A stretch of DNA of 27,212 bases from a virus (lineage: Duplodnaviria > Heunggongvirae > Uroviricota > Caudoviricetes), in the IMG/VR virus record IMGVR_UViG_3300005613_000005, positions 1 through 27,212 of that record; one strand, written 5' to 3'. The first letter of the stretch is position 1, and the number at the start of each line of letters is the position of its first letter. A model generated the notes under the pieces. That model did no database searches. It worked only from the letters and a program-made list of their open reading frames with translations, and was not told the origin of the DNA. The translations under genes and the position numbers were made by a program. Positions 1-8,644 of this stretch are shown in pieces.

Positions 1-3000
1 CTCTGAAGTACCAATTATTTCATCAGAGCTATCTGATATATTATAGATTTTACATTTATGCCGACTTACGTCCCATGCGGGAGCTTTCGCTAAAATTTTA
101 TACACACCTGCCGCTAAAGTAAATTGATTACTAGATAAAGAGCACCAAGTCTGACTATTTTCTGTAGTGTTTAAAACTCTAGTTTGCCATGACCCACTTG
201 TGAAAGTTCCTCCCACATTATTATTAGGTTTTACATCCTTAAGATACACCGTATCTGTAAAGAATCGATCTAACATTTGCCAATTGCTTCCATCTGATAT
301 AATTTTAAGCCTTGCATACTGACAATCTAAAGCAATAGTAGTGCATCCTGATATTGTCTCCGCGCCTTCCCCATCTACAACAACATTATAGGTTGTACTA
401 TCTGTCTTTATAAATTCTATAACTCTATTTTCATTATCTGCTGCGGTCGGTAAAGCCATTGTTACATCAGCAGTATCAGCAGAATTCGTGCAAAAAATTA
501 AACTATAACCATCTGTATCCGTTATAGTATAATCAGCACTTTTACTAGCCGCATTATTTAAAAATCCGCTTTTTATTTGTGTTATATTAGTAGAATTATC
601 ATCACTTGTATCATTAGTTCCTATTCTTCTTTTAACACTTATGCTTAAAGAGCTACCGCTATAATCAGAGTCAAGTTCAATGTATCCGCCATTGGGATCT
701 TCTGTATAATTAGCATTTGGCGTTAACGTTCCATCTACATATCTTGGAATTTCTTTACCATCTAAATAAACTTCTAAATCCCCAAAAGGATTACCAGAAT
801 TTACTCCACTCACAAAACTGGGAAAATCATCTGTAAAAGTTACTCTAGTGTTAGAAGGAGTTGTAATTGCACAATTTATTTCAGTTCCAGCACCATCAGT
901 TCTACCATAGGCCTGATTATGTATACCTCCGTTATTATAATCACTTTCTTCATAAAAAGCTGAGTCATATTCATAAAGAGTAACATTCCCTTTTCCCGTG
1001 GCTTTATTAGCAAAAAATCTTATGAAAAAATGTGCTCCAGCAGTCCCCTGGATAGTTTGAACTGTTTGCTCATTTGCAAAATTCTGTTCCCGAGTATAAC
1101 CGTATTCGTTTGCCCAATTTGCGGCTAAATCAGGGGCAGTTATTGAAGTATAAGCTACATCTACGTCTCCACTCCAGCCGCTGTCATTATAATTAATTAT
1201 ATATTGAGTTAAAGGCCTTATAATATAACCATCTCCATCTCCTCCGAATCCGGTAGTATCTGCTAATACAAAAGTATCAGAATCAGTTATACTAGAAACC
1301 GTAGTTTCATATAAATCTCCTCCATTTTCTTTTAATACTATATCCGCTGCTTGAGGAGTTAGCCAATCTGGCTCTTCTGTATGATCTACGGTATCTACTG
1401 CTCCATTATCTATTAGAGTAAGTGCAAGGTGTCCTACTAATTCTCCACTGGGTCTACTTTCGGTATCTGAAGAATCGTAATAAAACATTCCATCTTTAGT
1501 TTGAATTTTTTGAGAAACCCCGGCATAAGTAGATGTATTTAAATTAGCACTAAAAGTCGATTCTATATCAACATCTGTTTGACTATTAACTGTAACAATT
1601 TTCCTTACTTCTAAATTTCCTCCAATCATTCCAAAAACAACATCTCCCACCGCGACTGTAAAATTTGGAGTACCTGTCCAGGTAATATTAGCTGCAGCTC
1701 CTGCCATATTTGATAAAGAGCCGGCTCCTTGATCTGTATCATATTCTATAGAGTAAGCTTTATTAGCCGCACTATAAGATGCGGTAGTAGCTGCATCTGA
1801 AGCCGCATCTGTAATTTCTATTAAATCTTGGTTATCAAAGGTATCTTTAAAGCCACATCTGAAAGGAAGCTCGTCTAATTTGAGCCCAAATGCAGTTCCT
1901 TCTCCTCCTCCTGAACCCGAAGCTCCAAGTCTTACACTTTGACCTGGCTCAAGTACTTGTTTATGCAGGGGAATATGTAAATATCCAGCTCCACCCGCAT
2001 CTATTCTCTGAAATAAAGGAATTATATCTTTATTAGCTTGACTCTGAGCAGGCAAAGAAGCAACTATGGTAACACTCACATTTTCATCTGTGGTTCTATC
2101 TATGTCTACATAAGCTATTTGTCCATCTGTTAAAGAAATAGGACTTCCTGCTTGTAGAACAGTATGAGTAGTAGCTGTTCCACTTTTAGTATTAATTATT
2201 TTGAGTTCCAGGTCTGAGCTAAAAGTTAAATCTGCTCCATCCCAAACCACCACATCATCACTTCTAAGGAAGGCTGATCTATCTTCTTGCTCATCTCCAA
2301 TTGCATCTGTATGTGCTTGTATCCTATCAACTAGTGATTCTAATGCTGTACCACGAATATTAGATGAATATTCATATGGCATTGTATTGTTATCTTCAAC
2401 AATGACATCATTATTAATGCGTCGTGCTATTATAAAAGTATCTTCTGTATTTGGTATACTTTCTATCGCAGTAATATTTACTGTTCTATTAGATGGTACA
2501 ATTGAAGAATCCCTATTTAAAGTAATATATGCGCATTGTCCATCAGAAGCAAGAACAATCGGTGATTGCGTAGATTGTTGTATGGTGTTACAAGTGTCTG
2601 CTAAACCTGGAAGTTGAACATATGCATCAGCTGTAAATGATAACTGATTAGGTGCCGCAATGTCCCATGTCCAAGTACCGCCTTTTATCAATGATGCATT
2701 TCGGTCTTCATTGATTATATCAGTAAGGTGTTCTGGCGTAGGAGTAGTACCTATCGGTACGTTTGTTCCATCCCATAACCAGACGTCATTGCCTGCTAAT
2801 CTGGTAGCTATGACAAATACGTTCTCATTTATAGGAAACGTTACGTCAGTGCCGCCTATGTCAGCGACCGTTACAGCTGCTAAGTTTGCCCATGTTTTTG
2901 CGTCGTTGCGGTCAACTTCTATATACGCTATCTGATTAGCAGTTAGTGATAAAGTTCCGTTTAGAGTTAAAACCTGTTTATAAACCGCATCGTCAGAACC

Positions 3001-5202
3001 AGGAAGTACCATGTTCAACACGGGCGTTCCGCCTGACAGAGACGTAAAAGTTATATCTTGGTCAGCACCGTTGGTCGTGTTGGTTATGCGATCCGTATCA
3101 TCAAGAAGTTTTTGTATAGTTTTATCTTGGGCTTTATCAGCTATCATAGCTGATAACTTAGATGCCCTTTCAGTTAAGTTATCAGTAACTGAACAATTGT
3201 AGTTGTGCATTCCGTCGAGCGCGTCAAAACTACCCGTTATCCTATATTCAGGATATGTTTCTGTGTCAGCTAACATGCCGACATAGTTCATCAAGCTGTT
3301 ACTTTCACTCTCACCAATATCTATATCCTGACCACGAGTAAGCTTAACAATGCCTGATTCAGAACGAACGTTTATTCGTACTAATGTCGCTGTGCCAGAT
3401 GATGCGGCACTGTAGTTACTTGCTACCGGAAACGTAAAAGTAGTTGCCCCGGTAACGTTTATCTGATGTGTTCCATCGTAGTTATTTATATTAGCGTCTA
3501 TCAGTATAGACTGATTATTTTCAAAATTATGGTTTGCTGACTCATATTCAAGACCTTGTGCATTTACTCTAGCTTTGGTAGTACAAGTAGCGTAATATCC
3601 AGGACATGCTGCTTCGTCTGTTGTTGCTGCCGTGTTTATGTAGAACACGTCCGCGTCAATTACTTCAACCTCGTACGTGTCATCATAATTAACACTTCCC
3701 GATATTGTTATTCGATCTCCGTCTGCAAGTCCGTGACCTACGTGTTCGCATCGGGCAGTAGTGCCGTCACCTTCAGTTATGTCTATAGATAATGTGGTAG
3801 TTGCTATAGAATCTATTGCCATTATGGTATCTGATCTCATGGCCAACCACATCAAATCACCTTTTAGATCTTCAAGGGTGCCGTTTTCTGAGCGTCCTGT
3901 AAATTGAACGTCACTGGTTTCATATATGCCTTGCGTGTACACGCCGTACGCTGATTCTGTGGTACCAGGATACGCGCTACTTATGGTAATAGACTGTGCT
4001 AGTGCTGGCGTAGCACCAGGTGAACCACCATTAAGTGATCCATTAAACCACTCTATCCTGCGATAGTAATGTTTAGGGTCGGATTTTTTCTTAACCCAAT
4101 CACCTTTTTGTAGATTAGCAAAATCGCCTACGTTACCGTTGACGTAAGTCTTACCGTTGTCCCATTCTATGGTCGCTACTGGCGTTATTATGTCAGTGTC
4201 CTTGTTGAACTCGATATACATAACATCATCGTCGTCTAACGTTTTGTTACCGGCTCTTATCACGATGTCCCGGTCGTCGTATATTGACTGTATCAGTATA
4301 TCTTCGGTCCACGTTAGCTTGCCGGCCGTTGATGAATCGTGCTGCCATTGTCCTTTAGATTTTATAGTGGTTGCCTGAGAAACTTCAAATAAGTCATATA
4401 TACCTAGACCAGCATCCTCGTACCAATACGTAGTGCCACCAAGTTCTAATAACTTGGTCATGACCACGTCCATCCACTCTTTGAGACTTTCTATATTTTT
4501 ATCGCCGCCTTCAAACGGATTAGGATCAAGCGCCGATGACATGGTTGTTGGAGGTTCAGATCTAGCATAGGATGAACTCGGTTCATTTCTAAAACTGTAG
4601 GTTGAAAACGGATCTGGACTCAGCCCACCAGTTCCTAAACGATACATTAAGTTGCGGCAATCTTCTATAGAATCTATAGTGGTAGCACCTACTACAACCT
4701 TAGCAATTGGAATAGTATTGTTAGGAAAAGATGATATAGATACGTTTATCTCAACTTCTAGTACAGATTCAGTATTTATGTCCTGTGTAAACTCACCGCC
4801 AGCTCCGCCGTCGATATCGGGATCCCAAAAAGCACGAGTATCTCTAGATACTTCAAACGTGTCAAATGTTAAATATACGTAGTTAGTGGCATTTTTACGT
4901 AGTTCCGGTACTAATGGCTGCGCATATTCATGGCCTTCTTCTAATCCGTGGTAGAAAGAACCAGTATCAGACCCTGGAAACCATACCACTGAATCATGTA
5001 TATTCACCGATATACTCTGACTGTTGATGGCATCACTTGGATTATCAACTTCAAATCCTTTTAAGATGTAGGGTTGATCATCGCCTATTAAACCCTTGAT
5101 AAAATATTTGAAATCTCCAGCAGTATATGAGTCAAAACTTAAAAAATCTGGTAAGTCAATACGCTCAGCAGACGCTATTAATAATCTTCCAAGAACGGCC
5201 AA
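1..5202 (-). CDS. Long modular tail fibre / receptor-binding protein, 3'-partial (>=1734 codons, continues past base 1); not in the supplied ORF track
   Basis: Translated by hand: TTG at 5202-5200, 5 nt after AAGGAGG. Begins MAVLGRLLIASAERIDLPDF. I found no in-frame stop down to base 1. Contains four ~110-aa repeats (..W....LTF/W..D..........L.DGQ.AY+.+DR...F+IA.R), two HGL..GD.I.I.G..NY-type beta modules (~3400-3760), an SKSADYTITDTDG..TMALPTAAD..R.IEFIKTD module (~300-545), and a distal DVK...GGTFTSGSWQTRVLNT..NQFTLAAGVY domain like the C-terminal domains of phage fibres. It is the last gene after the baseplate genes. Confidence 0.85.
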   Translation of the reverse strand, partial: MAVLGRLLIASAERIDLPDFLSFDSYTAGDFKYFIKGLIGDDQPYILKGFEVDNPSDAINSQSISVNIHDSVVWFPGSDTGSFYHGLEEGHEYAQPLVPELRKNATNYVYLTFDTFEVSRDTRAFWDPDIDGGAGGEFTQDINTESVLEVEINVSISSFPNNTIPIAKVVVGATTIDSIEDCRNLMYRLGTGGLSPDPFSTYSFRNEPSSSYARSEPPTTMSSALDPNPFEGGDKNIESLKEWMDVVMTKLLELGGTTYWYEDAGLGIYDLFEVSQATTIKSKGQWQHDSSTAGKLTWTEDILIQSIYDDRDIVIRAGNKTLDDDDVMYIEFNKDTDIITPVATIEWDNGKTYVNGNVGDFANLQKGDWVKKKSDPKHYYRRIEWFNGSLNGGSPGATPALAQSITISSAYPGTTESAYGVYTQGIYETSDVQFTGRSENGTLEDLKGDLMWLAMRSDTIMAIDSIATTTLSIDITEGDGTTARCEHVGHGLADGDRITISGSVNYDDTYEVEVIDADVFYINTAATTDEAACPGYYATCTTKARVNAQGLEYESANHNFENNQSILIDANINNYDGTHQINVTGATTFTFPVASNYSAASSGTATLVRINVRSESGIVKLTRGQDIDIGESESNSLMNYVGMLADTETYPEYRITGSFDALDGMHNYNCSVTDNLTERASKLSAMIADKAQDKTIQKLLDDTDRITNTTNGADQDITFTSLSGGTPVLNMVLPGSDDAVYKQVLTLNGTLSLTANQIAYIEVDRNDAKTWANLAAVTVADIGGTDVTFPINENVFVIATRLAGNDVWLWDGTNVPIGTTPTPEHLTDIINEDRNASLIKGGTWTWDIAAPNQLSFTADAYVQLPGLADTCNTIQQSTQSPIVLASDGQCAYITLNRDSSIVPSNRTVNITAIESIPNTEDTFIIARRINNDVIVEDNNTMPYEYSSNIRGTALESLVDRIQAHTDAIGDEQEDRSAFLRSDDVVVWDGADLTFSSDLELKIINTKSGTATTHTVLQAGSPISLTDGQIAYVDIDRTTDENVSVTIVASLPAQSQANKDIIPLFQRIDAGGAGYLHIPLHKQVLEPGQSVRLGASGSGGGEGTAFGLKLDELPFRCGFKDTFDNQDLIEITDAASDAATTASYSAANKAYSIEYDTDQGAGSLSNMAGAAANITWTGTPNFTVAVGDVVFGMIGGNLEVRKIVTVNSQTDVDIESTFSANLNTSTYAGVSQKIQTKDGMFYYDSSDTESRPSGELVGHLALTLIDNGAVDTVDHTEEPDWLTPQAADIVLKENGGDLYETTVSSITDSDTFVLADTTGFGGDGDGYIIRPLTQYIINYNDSGWSGDVDVAYTSITAPDLAANWANEYGYTREQNFANEQTVQTIQGTAGAHFFIRFFANKATGKGNVTLYEYDSAFYEESDYNNGGIHNQAYGRTDGAGTEINCAITTPSNTRVTFTDDFPSFVSGVNSGNPFGDLEVYLDGKEIPRYVDGTLTPNANYTEDPNGGYIELDSDYSGSSLSISVKRRIGTNDTSDDNSTNITQIKSGFLNNAASKSADYTITDTDGYSLIFCTNSADTADVTMALPTAADNENRVIEFIKTDSTTYNVVVDGEGAETISGCTTIALDCQYARLKIISDGSNWQMLDRFFTDTVYLKDVKPNNNVGGTFTSGSWQTRVLNTTENSQTWCSLSSNQFTLAAGVYKILAKAPAWDVSRHKCKIYNISDSSDEIIGTSE

Positions 5203-5207
5203 GATAT

Positions 5208-5215
5208 CCTCCTTA
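5208..5215 (-). promoter_or_regulatory. Strong Shine-Dalgarno (TAAGGAGG) for the TTG-started fibre gene; overlaps the HNH stop codon
   Basis: Minus strand reads TAA GGAGG ATATC TTG GCC. The TAA is the stop of 5213..5746. Confidence 0.85.
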
Positions 5216-5746
5216 TCCTATATAACGATTATTTTTAGAAAGGTTGTCCTTAGCCCACATAGGTTGCAGATTACTGTAATGACAAGCTTTTTTAAGTTCG
5301 TTATAATTAATTAAATCAAATTTGCTCAAAGGTTTAACGTGGTCTATGTGCCACTGTCCATAGTTATCCCAGGACATCCCTGGTTTAAATTTGGACTCCA
5401 GGTGCTTTTTAAGTTCTTCTATAGAACAACCTAGGTCTCTAACAGCTGAGCCAATCTTATAATCTTTCTTAATTGCCTTATTAAGTCGAGATCGTAAATT
5501 TAATGCTAGTTTGATTTGTATATTGTTATTTTTATACAATATTCTTTTTGCATTTACTTTTCTTTTATTTTTTTGATACCATACAGCGTTATTGTTTTTT
5601 TCTTTTTTTTGATTAGCGTGTTTCCAATTTTTGTTGATTTCTTTTTTGCAGGTTTTACATATAGAATACAAGCCATCTTTACTTGTTTTATTTGAATAAA
5701 AACAAGATTTATTCTTAGTTGTATTGCACTTATTACATTTCTTCAT
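5213..5746 (-). CDS. Free-standing HNH(N) homing endonuclease 1 with N-terminal CxxC...CxxC zinc-finger-like region (177 aa)
   Basis: C-terminal WDNYGQWHIDHVKPLSKFDL...CHYSNLQPMWAKDNLSK is a beta-beta-alpha-metal motif (DH..N..N). N-terminus KKCNKC...F......DG...ICKTC. Lys/Asn-rich, AT-rich, and sits between structural genes. Confidence 0.88.
   Translation of the reverse strand: MKKCNKCNTTKNKSCFYSNKTSKDGLYSICKTCKKEINKNWKHANQKKEKNNNAVWYQKNKRKVNAKRILYKNNNIQIKLALNLRSRLNKAIKKDYKIGSAVRDLGCSIEELKKHLESKFKPGMSWDNYGQWHIDHVKPLSKFDLINYNELKKACHYSNLQPMWAKDNLSKNNRYIG
5244..5296 (+). repeat. Dispersed direct repeat, copy 1 (53 nt; 50/53 identical to 8040..8092)
   Basis: ttgtccttagcccacatagg-ttgcag-attactgtaatgacaagcttttttaag, aligned by hand with copy 2. 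Confidence 0.95.
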
Positions 5747-5778
5747 AATTACTTATATTATACCTTATAAAACACCAA

Positions 5779-8019
5779 TTAACCGGGATCTACTCCGGAT
5801 CTATAAACATCTAAAGTCGCATATAGTTGCTCCGGATACCTAACTAAAAATTCAACGAAAATACCGACACTCTTGACTTCTCTGATGATATCTTGTAGTA
5901 TTTCTCTTGCGGCTGCTGTATCAGTAACGTAAAACGCATATTCACTTCCATCACCGCTCATAGCATGCGCTCCGCGTTGGTTTATCATGGTGATCGAAGA
6001 TCCACTACCGTGATCGTATTGAAAAACATAAGCAGGATCAAGGGCTATGGAATTGCTAGACGGTTTATATAGATACCTTATCGGTCCTTCTTCTTGTTCC
6101 GTCCCAAAATCAAATATGACCTCGCCTCCGGCTTCTGGTATCGTATTGATTCCTAGTTCGAGTATCTTTTTGATCTGACCAGCGCTTATGTCTTCTGCTG
6201 TTAGACCAGTATACGAAGATAATACAAACAGTGCCTCTTCATCCCATATATATGGACCTATAATCTCTGTATCTTCAGCTGCCTGTGAATCTTTTAGATA
6301 TAGTTTTGAACCAGAAGCAGCAAGACCAGCACGTTCTACCCGCACGGTTCCTGTTGAACCAGTGCTTAAATCTTCACCGCGTGCATAGCACTTAAATTCG
6401 GTAGTATTCACTATCTCAAATATTTCCCAACTACCATCCATCTGCACAGCTTCTGACCACCATGTGGGCGATGTATCCGGTTGATGGTTTAAGTTTCCAG
6501 CTTGCAATGACCTGTATATCAGATCATCGTAGTTGACCAGATCACCGGCCGCGTACGTAGTACCAGAATTCCAAGTATCTGTCACGGACGTACCGTATAT
6601 GATCGCGTACTCACCTACTGAATAACCGTGTGCTGAAGCTGTTGTAACCGTTAATATTTTTGATACACGATCGGCCGAACTTATGTTAAACTGATTCAAA
6701 CTAGATAACTCAGGTAAGTTAGGTGAAATGCCTGTCAACGTGTTGGAACTTTTTCCAGTGTAAGTATATCTGGTAGCAAATCCTTGTATGCGACTGTTAG
6801 TATTCTTTGATACAGTAACATCTTCATAGACGTTCAAGTAACGAGTTTGTATAGTTTTAGCTTGTTCTAAAACAAAAGTTCCCGAAGTTGGCCACGAACT
6901 AGCATCTTCAAGTGTCAATGAAGTATCACTGTCGCGATTGGTCATTACCCCGACCAGACCGTTTATGTGTGCTGATCCCTGCAACGATCGTCTTACAACT
7001 GGAGGAGTAGTTGGCATCTCTACTGTTATCTCACCTGGTTGAGTTTCCCAAGTTATTGCTCTACGATCCTCTTTGTATATGACAGACTTGAACGGCCGTA
7101 TAAACTTAACATCTCGATCAGAAGATTGTGTATAGCTTCCAGGAGTTGAGAATGTGTTCTCAAATACTATCTTATTTTCACTTACGATAACCTGATCTAT
7201 AATAAAAGATCCGACGTTGTCCGTCAAATTGTTTATGATTATATCGCCAGTTTCTAGTTGATCTAGACCAGGACTATTTCCTCCGACGTGTTCCATGGTT
7301 GTCGTATAACCAACTTTAGTTATGTCCCATTGGGTATCGTTTCCGGTTCCAGCATCAGATATGAAACCGTTGAATTGTAGAGCGATATTGCCTCTACCAC
7401 CCGCCATTTCTACCGATCCTTTAGATCCTATTGTGTTGGTAAACAATCGAACGGTATCTTCTTGAGTAACACTACTTGAAAACACAACGGCAAAACTGCT
7501 TGTGGCCTGTCTGTTTATAGCGGCCGCAACTTCTTCTGCAGTAGCAGCTGCTATATTAGTAAAGTCTTCAGTGTTGAATTCAATTCGTTCAGTTTTGTCG
7601 CCGTCCACGTCATATTCTAGTTCCCAACCATCTTCTAAGTTATAAGGAGATGCTTGTTCTGTAACTATAAATGACGTAGTTGATTCTTTAAAAAAGAACA
7701 GATCAAGTAAAGTATCTATTATTAACTTAACTTGCTTTGGTTGATACGCTAATATAGGAACGTATTTGCGAAAAGTCGGATCGTCCATGCCTATAAAACG
7801 TGGTCGATCTACTTTAACATTAGCTCCCAATCTGTCAATATAGGGACGAGACGCTGTTTTCATAAAAAATTGCTTGCGTACTTCTTCCAATAAATTGTGT
7901 AAGTATTCGTCTTCAGTTCCTATAGCTTCTAACAACGCTGACCAATTAATATTAGACTTAGTGCGCATAAATTTGGGCATCTGGTCATGTAAGCGATTTA
8001 CTTTTGTTTTATTGTCCAT
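5779..8019 (-). CDS. Baseplate wedge protein (P2 gpI / T4 gp7-like N-terminus) extended with accessory beta modules and a CBM5/12-like insert (746 aa)
   Basis: N-terminal TASRPYIDRLGANVKVDRPRFIGMDDPTFRKYV resembles the gpI-type A.G..LD.+G...G+.R....DD..+R motif. It follows baseplate J. It contains WNSGTTYAAGDLVNYDDLIY...N.NHQPDTSPTWW (CBM5/12-like). Confidence 0.72.
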   Translation of the reverse strand: MDNKTKVNRLHDQMPKFMRTKSNINWSALLEAIGTEDEYLHNLLEEVRKQFFMKTASRPYIDRLGANVKVDRPRFIGMDDPTFRKYVPILAYQPKQVKLIIDTLLDLFFFKESTTSFIVTEQASPYNLEDGWELEYDVDGDKTERIEFNTEDFTNIAAATAEEVAAAINRQATSSFAVVFSSSVTQEDTVRLFTNTIGSKGSVEMAGGRGNIALQFNGFISDAGTGNDTQWDITKVGYTTTMEHVGGNSPGLDQLETGDIIINNLTDNVGSFIIDQVIVSENKIVFENTFSTPGSYTQSSDRDVKFIRPFKSVIYKEDRRAITWETQPGEITVEMPTTPPVVRRSLQGSAHINGLVGVMTNRDSDTSLTLEDASSWPTSGTFVLEQAKTIQTRYLNVYEDVTVSKNTNSRIQGFATRYTYTGKSSNTLTGISPNLPELSSLNQFNISSADRVSKILTVTTASAHGYSVGEYAIIYGTSVTDTWNSGTTYAAGDLVNYDDLIYRSLQAGNLNHQPDTSPTWWSEAVQMDGSWEIFEIVNTTEFKCYARGEDLSTGSTGTVRVERAGLAASGSKLYLKDSQAAEDTEIIGPYIWDEEALFVLSSYTGLTAEDISAGQIKKILELGINTIPEAGGEVIFDFGTEQEEGPIRYLYKPSSNSIALDPAYVFQYDHGSGSSITMINQRGAHAMSGDGSEYAFYVTDTAAAREILQDIIREVKSVGIFVEFLVRYPEQLYATLDVYRSGVDPG

Positions 8020-8635
8020 CAGTATCTCCCTTACTTAAATTGTCCTTAGCCCACATAGGCTGTAAATTACTGTAATGACAAGCTTTTTTAAGCTGTTCTC
8101 TGTCACTTAAATCAAAACTAGATAAAGGAACAATATGATCTAAATGCCAGCCATCCTTAGACCAATTATCCCACGTCATCCCTGATTGCCATTTACATTC
8201 AATGTATTTTTTAAAATCTTTTATGTTACAACCTAAATCTTTTATTGCTGAACCTGTTTTCTGATTGTTTTTAAGGGCGATATTAAGCCGTGATCGAAGT
8301 ACTGAACGTATTTTGTATTGAATATCGTTCTTATAACGTATTTTATTGTGATTACTATTATTTTCTTTCCATTTTTTCTTAGCCAAAATAATTTTATCTT
8401 TGTTCTGCTTACTCCATTTCAATTGTAATTTGCGTTTGTATTCTCGATATTGATGAAATTCTTCTTCAGTAAAATTATCACGTCGACGCTTATTATTAAT
8501 TTTATTGCGCTTTCTTCTTATATCCCGTTGTTCCTGACTCATGTTTTTCCAACGAAATCTTTCACGGCACGATGAACAACAAAATTTACTTCGTTGTCTA
8601 TTATTAATTTCATTACATTCCAAGCATCTTCTCAT
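8009..8635 (-). CDS. Free-standing HNH(N) homing endonuclease 2 with N-terminal CxxC...KFCCxxC finger (208 aa); overlaps the wedge gene start by 11 nt
   Basis: WDNWSKDGWHLDHIVPLSSFDL...CHYSNLQPMWAKDNLSK, same family as HNH1. AAGGA SD overlaps the J stop. Its last codons contain AAGGGAG, which serves as the SD of the next gene. Confidence 0.88.
   Translation of the reverse strand: MRRCLECNEINNRQRSKFCCSSCRERFRWKNMSQEQRDIRRKRNKINNKRRRDNFTEEEFHQYREYKRKLQLKWSKQNKDKIILAKKKWKENNSNHNKIRYKNDIQYKIRSVLRSRLNIALKNNQKTGSAIKDLGCNIKDFKKYIECKWQSGMTWDNWSKDGWHLDHIVPLSSFDLSDREQLKKACHYSNLQPMWAKDNLSKGDTDGQ
8040..8092 (+). repeat. Dispersed direct repeat, copy 2 (53 nt)
   Basis: ttgtccttagcccacatagg-ctgtaa-attactgtaatgacaagcttttttaag. 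The three differences from copy 1 are synonymous. Confidence 0.95.
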
Positions 8636-8644
8636 TATTTATCC

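Noticed and set aside
1-600. Diversity-generating retroelement target in the fibre tip
   Set aside because: No reverse transcriptase and no TR/VR repeat pair differing at adenines within the window. The true C-terminus lies outside the window.
5213-8635. HNH genes as intron-encoded ORFs (group I introns splitting baseplate genes)
   Set aside because: Flanking non-coding space is only 0-32 nt, too small for an intron core. J ends with a complete C-terminal domain, and the wedge and fibre genes have their own SD and start.
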